Assembly: GCA_044222185.1 (NCBI GenBank)
Contig: JBGANV010000002.1
Span: forward strand, 1-64,000
Length of the DNA: 64,000 bases
Direction: 5' to 3'
DNA from: Planctomycetota bacterium
GTDB taxonomy: Bacteria > Planctomycetota > GCA-002687715 > CAIWVZ01
The notes below the pieces were generated by a model that made no database searches, was not told the origin of the DNA, and saw only the letters and a program-made list of their open reading frames with translations. This document shows positions 10,541 to 20,533 of this stretch, piece by piece. The stretch's first letter is position 1; the number at the start of each line of letters is the position of its first letter. The translations under genes and the position numbers were made by a program.

Positions 10541-11028
10541 GACGGCGCTTTCCCTTCGCGATAGGGCCCGTGCTCGAGGAACGTCTTCAGGATCAGCGTG
10601 GCGGCGGCGCGGTCGACGCGGTCTCGGCGGTCACGCCAATCACTGAAGCGCTCCGAGAGCAACTCTTCGGCTTCGAGCGACGTGTAGCGTTCGTCCACCA
10701 TGAGAACGGGAAGGTTCGACGCGACGTGCAACTCTGCGGCGAACGCACGCGCCGACTTCGCCTGACCCCCTTCGGTGCCGTCCACGTTCAACGGCAGGCC
10801 GACGACGATCACACGGATGGCGTCCTCCCGGCAGCACGCGGTGATCGCCGCGAGATCGGCGGACGTGGTGGTCCGTTGGATCGTCTCGCGCCCGAGCACG
10901 AACCGGCGAGAAGCATCGGTCACCGCCATTCCGATGCGCTTCTTTCCGTGATCGAGCGCCAGAACTGCGCCCGCGCCGGGATCCGAGTCCGCGTTCGCCG
11001 CCGGCGGATTTGGGTCAGAGGATGTCGT
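10537..11028 (-). CDS. ruvX: YqgF/RuvX family nuclease (pre-16S rRNA nuclease / Holliday junction resolvase-like)
   Basis: VLALDHGKKRIGMAVTD, VVGLPLNVDG, VDERYTS, VDRAAATLIL. The start is placed tentatively at ACG 11028, behind AGGAGG. Confidence 0.9.
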   Translation of the reverse strand, partial: TTSSDPNPPAANADSDPGAGAVLALDHGKKRIGMAVTDASRRFVLGRETIQRTTTSADLAAITACCREDAIRVIVVGLPLNVDGTEGGQAKSARAFAAELHVASNLPVLMVDERYTSLEAEELLSERFSDWRDRRDRVDRAAATLILKTFLEHGPYREGKAPS

Positions 11029-12085
11029 GGCGACCCTCCTTGGCCAGCCGATCGACGATGTCCTTGACCCGCTCCGCGTCCTTTCGCGGAAGCACGAGCA
11101 CAACGTCACCCGAGCGCACGACCATGACGTCCGACACGCCGGAGACGACGACGGCGCCCGGCGCATCATTGTCCACCAGCACGTTCTTCGCGTCGAAGAT
11201 CATGACGTCGCCCCGCTTCACGTTGCCGGCGGAATCCGTCGGCAGGTACCGCGACACCGCATCGAACGTGCCGACGTCGTCCCACTTGAACGTCGCTTCG
11301 ACGACGTGGCGGTTCGTCGCCTTCTCCATGACCCCGTAGTCGATGCTGATCTTCTTCAGGTTCGGGTATTCGCGGTGCAGCTCGGCGGGGTCGCGAGGAT
11401 CGCGGATCCGCATCAGGCCCGCGTGGAGTTCGGGCAGATTCTGCCGGATCGACTCCAGGATGGTCTCGGTCGTGAACGCGAAGATGCCACTGTTCCACAG
11501 GAAGTTCCCCGCCTGGAGGAACCGTCGTGCGGTCTCCAGGTCAGGCTTCTCACGGAACGCCTCGACCTTGAACGCGACGGGCTTGCCGTCGTCCAGCCGT
11601 TTTCCGAGCTCGATGTAGCCGTAGCCCGTTGCCGGCCGGTCCGGCCGCAATCCGACGGTGACGATGCCCTGATGCTCGGCCGCGAGTTCCGCCGCGCGCT
11701 GCATCGTTTCGCGAAACGCCGCGGCGGGCTCGATGACGTGGTCGGCCGAGAACACGAGGAGGACGGCGTCCGGGCGAATGCTCCGAGCGATGAGCGCGCC
11801 CAGTCCCACGCAGGCCGCCGTGTCGCGCTTCTCCGGCTCACCGACGATGGCCGTCTTCGGCAGCCCGCTGTGCTCGCAGGCGAGCGCCGCCTGATCCTGT
11901 CCCGTGATGATGACGATGCGATCCGGCGGGACGAGTCCGTCGAGTCGCTTCACCGTGCTGCGAAGGAGCGTGTCGTCGCCGACGAACTTCAGGTACTGCT
12001 TCGGGCGCGTGCGCCGGCTGCGGGGCCAGAAGCGTGTTCCACCGCCACCCGCCATGATCACGGCAACGAGTCTGGAAGGATCCAT
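11015..12085 (-). CDS. manC: Mannose-1-phosphate guanylyltransferase
   Basis: VIMAGGGGTRFWPRSRRTRPKQY, EPEKRDTA, ADHVI, TGYGYI, FREKP, WNSGIF, SIDYGVME, WDDVG. Confidence 0.95.
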   Translation of the reverse strand: MDPSRLVAVIMAGGGGTRFWPRSRRTRPKQYLKFVGDDTLLRSTVKRLDGLVPPDRIVIITGQDQAALACEHSGLPKTAIVGEPEKRDTAACVGLGALIARSIRPDAVLLVFSADHVIEPAAAFRETMQRAAELAAEHQGIVTVGLRPDRPATGYGYIELGKRLDDGKPVAFKVEAFREKPDLETARRFLQAGNFLWNSGIFAFTTETILESIRQNLPELHAGLMRIRDPRDPAELHREYPNLKKISIDYGVMEKATNRHVVEATFKWDDVGTFDAVSRYLPTDSAGNVKRGDVMIFDAKNVLVDNDAPGAVVVSGVSDVMVVRSGDVVLVLPRKDAERVKDIVDRLAKEGRHDIL

Positions 12086-12131
12086 GGCCGGAATCGTACC
12101 GCGATTGGTGCAAGCTGGAACGGAGTCCGGC

Positions 12132-15100
12132 CTACTCCTTCAACGGTTTGAGCTTCGGTCGACGTCCCGAGGTCGGATCGCTGTCGGCGCCGCCGCCGAG
12201 CGAGTAGCTGCCGACCTGGGGGTCTTCGATCGGACCGTCGATCGTCACGCCGGCGAAGACGACGGCGGAGATGAGATCCGTAATCCAGCCGATCGGCGAG
12301 AGTCCGACCGTCTGACTGGCCTTCAAGTCGGCGTGGATGATCCCCTCGAAGGTGAGCCGTCCCGTGCCATCCAGCGTCAACTCCGGAGCGTCGATCCGAA
12401 CCGCCGGCAGTTGAACGACGCGATCCTTCACGTCCAGCCCGATCTTGATCGACGTCCGCCCGTCGCCGCCCTGGAAGTACGAAAGCAGGTCCAGCGAATT
12501 GAACAGCTTGTAGAAGACGGGCATTTCGATGAGGTTCCGCGCGAGCGCCGTCAGTTCGCCGTGACCGGAATAGGTCGCGGGATCGTCGGCCACTCCGCTC
12601 AGCTCCACGAACCCCCTCATCAACCCTCGGACCTTCCCCGGACTGGCACCGAGCGCGCGGACCACGGCGGGAAAGTTGACGTCACGCAGATCCACGCGGA
12701 CGAGGAACCCGCCGTCACCCAGTCGCAGCTCGAATCGAGTCTGCTCCGAGTCGATCTTCCCGTCCGGAACCTTCCCGCCCTTCCCATCGGGTTCGTAGCC
12801 GATGAGATCCGCGTCCACTGCCGTGAGGACGAGCGAGCCGGAGCCGATCGACGCCTTCGCTCTGAGACGTGGCACCGGCACGCCAAACAGCGTGGCACCG
12901 TCGAGCGCCAACCGGCCGGAGAGTTTCAACCCGTCCTCGTCGCTCGTGAGACTGAACTTCTGTACCTCGGCGTAGTCGGCACGAATCCGCTCCCGCTCAC
13001 CTTGGGTCAGCCCCCAGGCCTTGAGCTGACAGCCCGTCGCGACGGTCTCCTTCGAGTCGATGGTGAGGCTGCCGATGGTCAGGTCGGTGATTCCCCGGAA
13101 GCGCAGGCCGTTCAGTTTCGCCCGCGTCTCCGCCGAGACTGGAAGCGCGTCGAGGACCCAGGGTTCGAGGGGAAGGCGGCGGACCCATGCGGGTCCGATC
13201 ATGAGCTGTCCGCGCAGCCCCGTGAACTCCATCGGACGCGGGGTCCACGTCGCCTCGGCAACTTCGAAAGCGATGCGCCGCTCGGGTTCGAATGCTCCGT
13301 CGGCGCGCGTTTCGGGCGCGGGCCGGGACGTCGCGCTGGTTGGCGGCGGAACCCACGCCACGAGGTCCCGCACCGTGACGACGCCGTTCGAGGCCAGGTG
13401 GCACTTGGCCCGGATGTTCTCGAATCGCACGCCTGGCAGGCCGGGCGGCTCGCTGACGACGTCGTCGATCTCGAGATCCGCGGTGATGAGCAAGCGATCG
13501 ACGGGACCGTGGACCTCGACTCTCGCCGACATGGGTCCGTCGATGGCGAACCGATCTTGGACCTCGCGAAGCCACGGCGCGAGCGGCTCGAGTTCCGCCA
13601 CGAGCTTCCGCCCGAAGTGGAACTGCCCCGCCTCCACGGTGAGATCCAGGACTCCGTCCGCCCCGATCGTGCCTTCGATCGCGAATTTCTCTCCGCAGAC
13701 CCGTCCGGTCGTTCCGGGCTGGAGCCGAAGTGCCGTCGTCGTGATCTCGGCCATTCCGTCCAACTCGTCGATGCGGACGCTCGGATCCTCGGGCGCGAGC
13801 GTCAACTTCTCGAAGCGGAATGCGCCGGTGACGTCCGTGCGTGGAGCGTTGGGCATTCGGGCGACGCGGATCTTGCCGCTGAAGAGTCCGCGGGCGTTCA
13901 GGCGCTCGACCTGCCGAGCCGCATCCGGCGCTGGGACCTTGAGCGCTTCGATGAGACCCACGTCGACGGGGAACTTCTCGAATCCCAGGTCGAGGCGCAG
14001 GTCGCCACCGCTGACGGCGACTCCCAGCCGGCCGGTGAGCGATAGCTCGCCGCCGCGGTAGCGAGCCTTCAGCTCCTCCACGCGGATCACGTCGTCGTGT
14101 CCGATCACGATGCGCCCGCGGGCATCTTCGAACGGGAGCGGGAACGATCGCGGCTGAGCGCTCATCCCTTGAGGTTCGACGATCACCTCGAGCCGGGCGC
14201 CCGGTGGCTCAGACTTCTTCCGCTTGACCGCGACGGCGAGGTTGACCATCCCGTCGGCGTCCAGGTCGTTGAACAGCTTCTTGCCATCGCCGTGCAGCGC
14301 CGCGCTCACGCGGTCATCGAGCTTCAGCCCCAGCGCCGAGATGTCCACGTCGTAGGCCTCGTCGCCGTAGTGCTCGTAGTCGATCTTCCCGCGAGCCTCC
14401 ACGAGCAGGGTGCCGTTGAGCGCCGTGACGCGGTCGAAGTGCATTCCCACGTCGTCGAAGTGGAGCACCCCGCGGACGTCCTCGAGCGGGTACGGGAATC
14501 CATGACGTTCGCCGTCGTCGCCCACCTGGCCCTCGTAACGGATCGTCGACCCGCCCCGGAACTCGACGTCGATGAACGGCCGAAGGAGCCCCGGCGTTCC
14601 ATCGGCGGCTCGCTTCTGTTCGAGGCGGAAACCGAGATCGGCGTACCCGTCAGGGTTCCACGCGAGGATCTGCTCGCGGATCGTCGGGCACGGATCCGGA
14701 AGCATGCCCACGCGACGGCCGAACTCGTTGCTGATCTGCAGACGCTTCAGCGCGCCGTTCACCTGAACGATGTCGGTCGAGCCGCTGAGATCGTAGAAGC
14801 CCGCGAACTCCATGGGCGCGCCCTCGAATCGCGCGGTCAGTCCCTTGGTCGAGATGCGTCCGAGCTCGTAGTGGATCTGCCCCCGAAGGTCGGTGATTTC
14901 CTGCGGCCACCGCTTCACGCGGGCGGAGACACCATCGCACGTCACGTCGGCAGTGAAGAAGAACTCCTGGGACTTCTCGTCGCGCGCCACGTCGGCGCTC
15001 AGCTCGATGCCGCCGGTGACGACGAGCTCCTTCAGCCGCGACGAGAACTCCTCGCGCATCGCCGGAGCGATCGCAGCGACGTCGATGAATCCGTGACGCT

Positions 15101-15743
15101 GGACGTTCAGCACGAAGTCGTTCGAGCTGAAGTTCCCGTGCGCGTGGATCTGACCCGTCATCGGGTTGTCGACGTCGGCATCGAACCGGTACAGCCACCG
15201 TTGCGAGCCTTCCGGCGTCAGGACGAGGCTCAGGTTGTCGAACGCCAGCTCCTGGTTCGGCTTCAAGACGTATGGCGAGTTGCGCAGGACGAGGTGAAGA
15301 CCTGCGAGGCGCACGATGGGCAGCTCCCCCGCCGGCCGGTGCGTCTTGACCTCCAGGTTGCTGCGGATCGGCGTGGGCATGTCGAACGATTTGTCGGCGG
15401 CCCACGTGACGTTCACGGATGGCTTGCGGACGATCAGTTCGTCGACGACGAGGCGCCAGTCGAAGATCAGCGCGCTCCAGCTGATGCGGATGCGGATCTC
15501 GTCGACGGTGGCATAGACCTCGGACGGCCGGTCCGGTCGCATGAGGCGCACGTCGGGGATCACCACGTCCTGGAACGGTGCCACGGTGAGGTCGCCGAAC
15601 GCGATCGGTGCGAGGAGGATTTCGTGCGCTGCCGCCTCCAGGCGCTCGTGCAGGAACGCCGAGCGGGAAAGGATCCAGCCGTCGGCGATCAGGAGGCCGA
15701 TCAACCAGACGAATGCGAGCGGGATGGCCCAGCGACGCTTCAT
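12132..15743 (-). CDS. Large AsmA-like periplasmic beta-rich protein
   Basis: N-terminal membrane anchor and about 1200 aa of repeated amphipathic beta segments (FPYPLEDVRGVLHF, FPLPFEDARGRIVI); C-terminus resembles AsmA-like proteins. Confidence 0.7.
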   Translation of the reverse strand: MKRRWAIPLAFVWLIGLLIADGWILSRSAFLHERLEAAAHEILLAPIAFGDLTVAPFQDVVIPDVRLMRPDRPSEVYATVDEIRIRISWSALIFDWRLVVDELIVRKPSVNVTWAADKSFDMPTPIRSNLEVKTHRPAGELPIVRLAGLHLVLRNSPYVLKPNQELAFDNLSLVLTPEGSQRWLYRFDADVDNPMTGQIHAHGNFSSNDFVLNVQRHGFIDVAAIAPAMREEFSSRLKELVVTGGIELSADVARDEKSQEFFFTADVTCDGVSARVKRWPQEITDLRGQIHYELGRISTKGLTARFEGAPMEFAGFYDLSGSTDIVQVNGALKRLQISNEFGRRVGMLPDPCPTIREQILAWNPDGYADLGFRLEQKRAADGTPGLLRPFIDVEFRGGSTIRYEGQVGDDGERHGFPYPLEDVRGVLHFDDVGMHFDRVTALNGTLLVEARGKIDYEHYGDEAYDVDISALGLKLDDRVSAALHGDGKKLFNDLDADGMVNLAVAVKRKKSEPPGARLEVIVEPQGMSAQPRSFPLPFEDARGRIVIGHDDVIRVEELKARYRGGELSLTGRLGVAVSGGDLRLDLGFEKFPVDVGLIEALKVPAPDAARQVERLNARGLFSGKIRVARMPNAPRTDVTGAFRFEKLTLAPEDPSVRIDELDGMAEITTTALRLQPGTTGRVCGEKFAIEGTIGADGVLDLTVEAGQFHFGRKLVAELEPLAPWLREVQDRFAIDGPMSARVEVHGPVDRLLITADLEIDDVVSEPPGLPGVRFENIRAKCHLASNGVVTVRDLVAWVPPPTSATSRPAPETRADGAFEPERRIAFEVAEATWTPRPMEFTGLRGQLMIGPAWVRRLPLEPWVLDALPVSAETRAKLNGLRFRGITDLTIGSLTIDSKETVATGCQLKAWGLTQGERERIRADYAEVQKFSLTSDEDGLKLSGRLALDGATLFGVPVPRLRAKASIGSGSLVLTAVDADLIGYEPDGKGGKVPDGKIDSEQTRFELRLGDGGFLVRVDLRDVNFPAVVRALGASPGKVRGLMRGFVELSGVADDPATYSGHGELTALARNLIEMPVFYKLFNSLDLLSYFQGGDGRTSIKIGLDVKDRVVQLPAVRIDAPELTLDGTGRLTFEGIIHADLKASQTVGLSPIGWITDLISAVVFAGVTIDGPIEDPQVGSYSLGGGADSDPTSGRRPKLKPLKE

Positions 15744-15797
15744 GACCGAGCGCCCGCCGCTCGTGATCGCTTCCGGGGTAGCGGCACGGCGGTCACG

Positions 15798-16430
15798 TCA
15801 GTTCCCTGCGGCCTTCCGCTCGGGCGGTGAGAGCTGGAGGTAGAGCGGTTCGAGCCGGACGGCGTCGTCACCACTCGGATCGACGGCGAAACGAAGCGCT
15901 GCGATGCGGCCGATGTCGGACGCGAGGACGGACTCCGGGGGGATCTGCACCAGGTGGGCGCCGCGCCCGGCGGCGACCTGCAATTCCTCGAGGGAGATCA
16001 ACTCGGGCGCCCGCACGGGCACGGGAATCCGGCCGGATACGCAGTCGTAGATCGCGCCGTAGACCCGCGTTTCGTGGGCCGCGGCAGCGACGACACAGCG
16101 GCCGTCGCGAACGGCCCGTGCGGCGACTGCCTGGAGCCCCGTGACGCCGAACAGCGGGAGCTTGCGCCCGTAGGCGAACGTCTTGGCGTAGACGACGCCG
16201 ATGCGCGTCCCGGTGTACGAGCCGGGACCGATGCCCACGGCGACCGCCCCGATGGCCTCGCTGCCCGCGGCCTCGAGGAGCCGCGCGACACCGGGGGCGA
16301 TCACGCTGCCGCCGCGCATCGCCGGATCGAAGCGGTGCTCGGCGACGATCTCCTCGCCGCGGACGAGGGCCGTCGACCCGGCCTTCCCGGACGTCTCCAC
16401 GGCGAGGATCAGGGGCGTGGCGTTCGTCAC
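15798..16430 (-). CDS. tsaB: tRNA t6A biosynthesis protein TsaB
   Basis: ILAVETS, AVAVGIGPGSYTGTRIG, LEPLYL. GTG start overlaps the upstream TGA (GTGA). Confidence 0.92.
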   Translation of the reverse strand: MTNATPLILAVETSGKAGSTALVRGEEIVAEHRFDPAMRGGSVIAPGVARLLEAAGSEAIGAVAVGIGPGSYTGTRIGVVYAKTFAYGRKLPLFGVTGLQAVAARAVRDGRCVVAAAAHETRVYGAIYDCVSGRIPVPVRAPELISLEELQVAAGRGAHLVQIPPESVLASDIGRIAALRFAVDPSGDDAVRLEPLYLQLSPPERKAAGN

Positions 16431-17569
16431 GGTCCGGGCTTCCTCAATTTCACGATGCTCTCGCGGGGCGCGATCTCGTCGATCTTGCCGAGCTTGCGAG
16501 CGGAGTCGCGCAACACACGCGCCTGGGTCACGCCGTCGATCACGAAGCCCGCGGCCTGTCCCATCTCGGCGATGATGAGGTCGGAGGGGATGTACTCGCG
16601 TTCGATGTCGGCGCCCCCGATCAAGATCCAGAGCGGGGCGTGCGGTCGCATCACGCGCCAGGCCTCGCGGACGAAGCGGCCGAGGTCGTGGAAGTACGCG
16701 CGCACGACGGCGGCGTCCTGGTGCCGGCGGATGGTCACGAGTGCCGCCGCGGCCTCCTCGGCGGCCCCGTGGATCTCGCCGGTCTTGAAGCGCGGGGCCT
16801 TGCGCGGGCTCTTCACCGTGGCGACGACCTGCGCCGGGGCGCCGGCGGGGCGTTTCTCGGACCAGAGGCGCTCGACGGGGCTGAGGATGCGGCGGTAGTC
16901 GTATCGCGACAGGTACGGCGGCGAGGTCAGGACACCGCCGACGGATTCGGCGGCGAGCGGCATGGCGCGCGCGTCGCCGACGAGTATGGTCGCGATGCGA
17001 GGAAGGGGTCGCGCCAGGTCTTCGAGCATCTCCTGCCAGACCTCCGCCAGCAGCTCGCGGTGGGGGCCGGTGCGACGGGGGCGGCCGTCTCCCGAAACCG
17101 TGCGCGCGGCGGCGAAGAGCAGCGCCGCACGATGCGCCGGGTCGGTGACCAGGTCGAAGAACTGGGAGAGATTGCCGTCCGCCGGCAGATCCGGAAGCGG
17201 CGGAATGCCGTCCAGGAATCGCGCCTTCGCCATGTGGGCGAGGACCTCGAGTCCGTCGATCCCGATCGCGGGCACGCGATTCCGCGCGCACGCGACGATG
17301 GTCGTCGCCGACCCGGAGAAGGGGTCGAGGACCGGACCCGGGGCGAGGAACGACTGTTCGAGGAAGATCCGGACGAGTCCCGGCGAGAACTGCTGCCGGT
17401 AGGGATGCCAGCGGTGGAAGGGTTCGAGCTTCGCTTCCTCCCCGGTGACGAGGAGCGAGAGCGTGTCGTCGGGCTCGATGACGTCCTCGAAACGCATCTC
17501 GAGCGCCTCGCGCTCGCGCACGTGTTCCCGCTGATAGAGCCGCACCGCGGCACCTTTCTCGCGACCCAT
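16427..17569 (-). CDS. Amino (N4-C/N6-A) DNA methyltransferase-like protein
   Basis: FHRWHPYRQQFSPGLV, VLDPFSGSAT (SAM-binding motif I), then LTSPPY (catalytic motif IV). Confidence 0.85.
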   Translation of the reverse strand: MGREKGAAVRLYQREHVREREALEMRFEDVIEPDDTLSLLVTGEEAKLEPFHRWHPYRQQFSPGLVRIFLEQSFLAPGPVLDPFSGSATTIVACARNRVPAIGIDGLEVLAHMAKARFLDGIPPLPDLPADGNLSQFFDLVTDPAHRAALLFAAARTVSGDGRPRRTGPHRELLAEVWQEMLEDLARPLPRIATILVGDARAMPLAAESVGGVLTSPPYLSRYDYRRILSPVERLWSEKRPAGAPAQVVATVKSPRKAPRFKTGEIHGAAEEAAAALVTIRRHQDAAVVRAYFHDLGRFVREAWRVMRPHAPLWILIGGADIEREYIPSDLIIAEMGQAAGFVIDGVTQARVLRDSARKLGKIDEIAPRESIVKLRKPGP

Positions 17570-17649
17570 GACCCGGGATCATAGCTCGGAGGCCCATGGG
17601 GACGGATGCCGGTCGGCCCCGATCGAACGTCCCGTGTAGGATCGCCCCC

Positions 17650-18567
17650 GTGCCGGACGACGTCCAGACGCGGCTCGAGGCCTTCGCGTTCCTGACGCGA
17701 AGGACGGCCATGGCACCGGATGGGCTGGTGACGTGGGCCGAACTGAGCGATTTCCGCCTGTCGAATGGTGAACGGTGCCCGCTGATCGGTGCCTCCGGGA
17801 TCTGGAAGCCCCGGCAACTCGAACTCCCGATCTCGGTGGCGACCGCGCCGCCCAAGCCCGGCAAGGTGCGGCCGTACGACGATCTCGCGGGTCCTGACGG
17901 CACGATCCAGTACCGATACCGAGGCACGGACCCGCATCACCGAGACAACGTCGGTCTGCGGACCCTCGCGATGCATGGGACGCCGATCGCCTACTTCTAC
18001 GGGATCGAGCCGGGGCGCTATCGCGCCATGAGCCCGACCTACGTCATCCACGATGACCCCGACCGATGCGTCGCAATCCTCCAGGTGGATGCCGATGTCG
18101 CCGCGTCGGCGCCTGCCGGTGTCGCCGAGCCGGCCAGTGAAGCCCTGCGCCGATACGTCACGGCCGTCGCGATCCGGAGGGTGCACCAAGCGCGGTTCCG
18201 CTCGATCATCATGCATGCCTATCGATCGCGCTGCTCCGTGTGCTCGCTCCAAAAGCCCCAGCTCCTCGACGCGGCACACATCGTGGAGGACGCAGATCCG
18301 GACGGGATTGCCGCCGTCACGAACGGGTTGTCGCTGTGCAAGATCCATCACGCCGCTTACGACCAGAACCTGCTTGGAATCGATCCCGGCCACGAAATCC
18401 ACATCGCAGCGCGACTCCTGGATGAAGTCGACGGGCCCATGCTTCAGCACGGCCTGAAGGACATGCACGGCCGGACCCTTGCAGCCATACCGAGCCGCAA
18501 AGCGGAGCGTCCGGATCCGGAGCGACTCGAGCGCCGGTTCACCGAGTTTCGTCGCGCCTGCTCGTGA
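17650..18567 (+). CDS. HNH endonuclease, putative restriction endonuclease with an N-terminal recognition domain
   Basis: RVHQARFR..YRSRCSVC..LLDAAHI..NGLSLCKIHHAAYD. GTG start lies 7 nt after TAGGAT. Confidence 0.9.
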   Translation: MPDDVQTRLEAFAFLTRRTAMAPDGLVTWAELSDFRLSNGERCPLIGASGIWKPRQLELPISVATAPPKPGKVRPYDDLAGPDGTIQYRYRGTDPHHRDNVGLRTLAMHGTPIAYFYGIEPGRYRAMSPTYVIHDDPDRCVAILQVDADVAASAPAGVAEPASEALRRYVTAVAIRRVHQARFRSIIMHAYRSRCSVCSLQKPQLLDAAHIVEDADPDGIAAVTNGLSLCKIHHAAYDQNLLGIDPGHEIHIAARLLDEVDGPMLQHGLKDMHGRTLAAIPSRKAERPDPERLERRFTEFRRACS

Positions 18568-18702
18568 GCGGGAAATCAACGCAGGCGGCGTGCGGGCTTC
18601 AATCCGTTGGCGGCGGAATTTTGTGGCAGAAGCCTGGGACGCGCCCCGGACGCGGGTCGCGCGAACGACGATTCGCGCCGAAGCCGGAAGCCCCGCCCCG
18701 CG

Positions 18703-19353
18703 TCATTCGCGCACGCCGACCCAGCAGCCGTCGCCGAGCGGGACGATCACGCTGTGGAGGCCCGGGATCTTCGGGATGTAATCGTTGAAAGCCTTCACCG
18801 CGGGCGCCTCGCGGTCCGTGGGATGGGCGTCGAAGAGCTGGCCGAACGCGAACGCGTTGTCGACCATGATGAGCCCGCGGCGGCGCACGATCGTCATGCA
18901 CGCGTCGAGATACTTCGGATAGCTCGCCTTGTCGGCGTCGAGGAACGCGGCATCGGCCCAGTCCGGGCCGAACGTCTTCAGGCCGTCGACGCCACTCGCC
19001 TGGATCACTTCGACTCTGTCGGGCACGTCGGACCTCGCGACCCACTCGCGCGCGAAGGCCGCGTGCTTGGGCGAGAGCTCGATCGTGCGGACGAGCCCGC
19101 CGGCCGGGAGCGCGCGGGCCATGGAGATCGCCGAATATCCGGCAAGCGTGCCGACTTCGACGACGTGCCTCGCTCCGATCAGTTTCAGCAGGATCTGCAT
19201 GAAGCTGGCTTGCGCGGGCGAGATGGCGATGGGCGGAATTCCCGCGGCGACGGCCGCACGCTTCAGCGCCAGAAGGAACTCGTCGTCCCCCGGGGTGCGA
19301 TCGGCGAGATAGCGGAAATGATCGGCCGTGACGAGCGTCGGAGATTCGGACAT
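18703..19353 (-). CDS. SAM-dependent O-methyltransferase (caffeoyl-CoA OMT family)
   Basis: VVEVGTLAGYS, FLDADK, GLIMVDN, VPLGDG; GGAGG SD upstream. Confidence 0.92.
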   Translation of the reverse strand: MSESPTLVTADHFRYLADRTPGDDEFLLALKRAAVAAGIPPIAISPAQASFMQILLKLIGARHVVEVGTLAGYSAISMARALPAGGLVRTIELSPKHAAFAREWVARSDVPDRVEVIQASGVDGLKTFGPDWADAAFLDADKASYPKYLDACMTIVRRRGLIMVDNAFAFGQLFDAHPTDREAPAVKAFNDYIPKIPGLHSVIVPLGDGCWVGVRE

Positions 19354-19419
19354 GAGAGCCTCCGGCGGACTGTAGCGCCCTGCAACCCTGTGTTTGAATG
19401 GCCACCTCGGAGGCACCTC

Positions 19420-20424
19420 ATGAGCGATCGGATCTGGCACGTCGTGATCAACGGACAACCCGTCGGACCTCTCACCGTCGAGGAACTCACGCAGCGCCTG
19501 CCCATGGCCGGCGGCCCCAATGCGATGGTCTGGCAAACCGGAGCCCCCGAATGGGTCCAGGCGCGCACGGTTCCTGAGATCGCGGGTCGCATGCAGGCGC
19601 CCGCGACCATGGGCGGCCCCGGCATGCCGCCGGTTCCCGGAGCGAAGCTCGAGTACACGATCACGGGCGACGACATGCAGTTCGTGGAGATCATGCTGGA
19701 CCCCGGGCAGGTCGTGCAGGCCGAGCCCGGCTCCATGATGTACATGGGCTCGGCGATCCGGATGGACACGCACTTTGGTGATCCATCGGCGCAGCAGCAG
19801 ACGGGCTTCCTCGACAAGCTGAAGGCGGCCGGAAAGCGCGTGCTGACGGGCGAGTCGCTCTTCATCACGACTTTCACCAACACCGGCGGTTCGCGCGAAC
19901 CCATCGCCTTCGCTGCACCGTATCCCGGGAAGATCATCCCCATGGGGCTCGCGGAGTTCGGCGGCGAACTCATCGTCCAAAAGGACTCGTTCCTCGCCGC
20001 AGCGTTGGGCATTCAGATCGGCATCGCCTTCCAGAAGAAGATCGGCGTGGCGCTCTTCGGAGGAGAAGGGTTCATCATGCAGCGCCTGACCGGGCAGGGC
20101 ACCGCCATGGTGCACGCCGGCGGGACCGTCACGCGGCGAAGCCTGAAGGCCGGCGAGACTCTCCGCCTCGACACCGGATGCCTCGTGGCGCTTCAACCTT
20201 CGGTCAATTACGACATTCAATTCACCGGCGGGTTCAAGAACACGCTCTTCGGAGGAGAAGGGCTGTTCCTCGCGACCCTGACCGGGCCGGGCGACGTGTG
20301 GCTCCAGTCGCTTCCGTTCTCCCGCCTCGCGAGCCGCGTCCTGCGAAACGTGGGATCGGGCCGCGACGAAGGAAACCTCCTCGGCGGGTTGGGACTGGGA
20401 ACCATCTTTGGCGGCGACAACTGA
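19420..20424 (+). CDS. GYF_2/DUF4339-like domain fused to an AIM24 (TIGR00266-like) domain
   Basis: WHVVINGQPVGP...MVWQTGAPEW; then GDDMQFVEI, AEPGSMMYM, FAAPYPGKI, GGEGFIMQ, LTGPGDVWLQSLP. Confidence 0.88.
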   Translation: MSDRIWHVVINGQPVGPLTVEELTQRLPMAGGPNAMVWQTGAPEWVQARTVPEIAGRMQAPATMGGPGMPPVPGAKLEYTITGDDMQFVEIMLDPGQVVQAEPGSMMYMGSAIRMDTHFGDPSAQQQTGFLDKLKAAGKRVLTGESLFITTFTNTGGSREPIAFAAPYPGKIIPMGLAEFGGELIVQKDSFLAAALGIQIGIAFQKKIGVALFGGEGFIMQRLTGQGTAMVHAGGTVTRRSLKAGETLRLDTGCLVALQPSVNYDIQFTGGFKNTLFGGEGLFLATLTGPGDVWLQSLPFSRLASRVLRNVGSGRDEGNLLGGLGLGTIFGGDN

Positions 20425-20533
20425 GACGAGATCGCCACGCCGTCGCACCGGCGACGAACGACGCGACGTGAGTTAGAACCGCGCACCTCGCAGCGAAGGA
20501 CGGTCCCTTCGCCGCCCACCACCGGAGACCGTC

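Noticed and set aside
11904-15830. Long plus-strand ORFs (713 aa, 577 aa) and similar antisense ORFs elsewhere (e.g. 393..1814, 20234..22471, 32868..35105)
   Set aside because: These are shadow ORFs opposite real genes, as expected in high-GC DNA, and have no recognisable motifs.
15798-17927. 709-aa ORF as a single protein
   Set aside because: Only the last 210 aa (TsaB) are protein-like; the rest is an alternative frame over the MTase gene.
19381-19410. TGCAAC upstream of the AIM24 gene as another regulon promoter
   Set aside because: No CGAT at 15-16 nt spacing.
18607-20448. Extended starts of the 605-aa and 581-aa ORFs
   Set aside because: The extensions overlap each other's real genes; SD-supported starts are 19420 (+) and 19353 (-).
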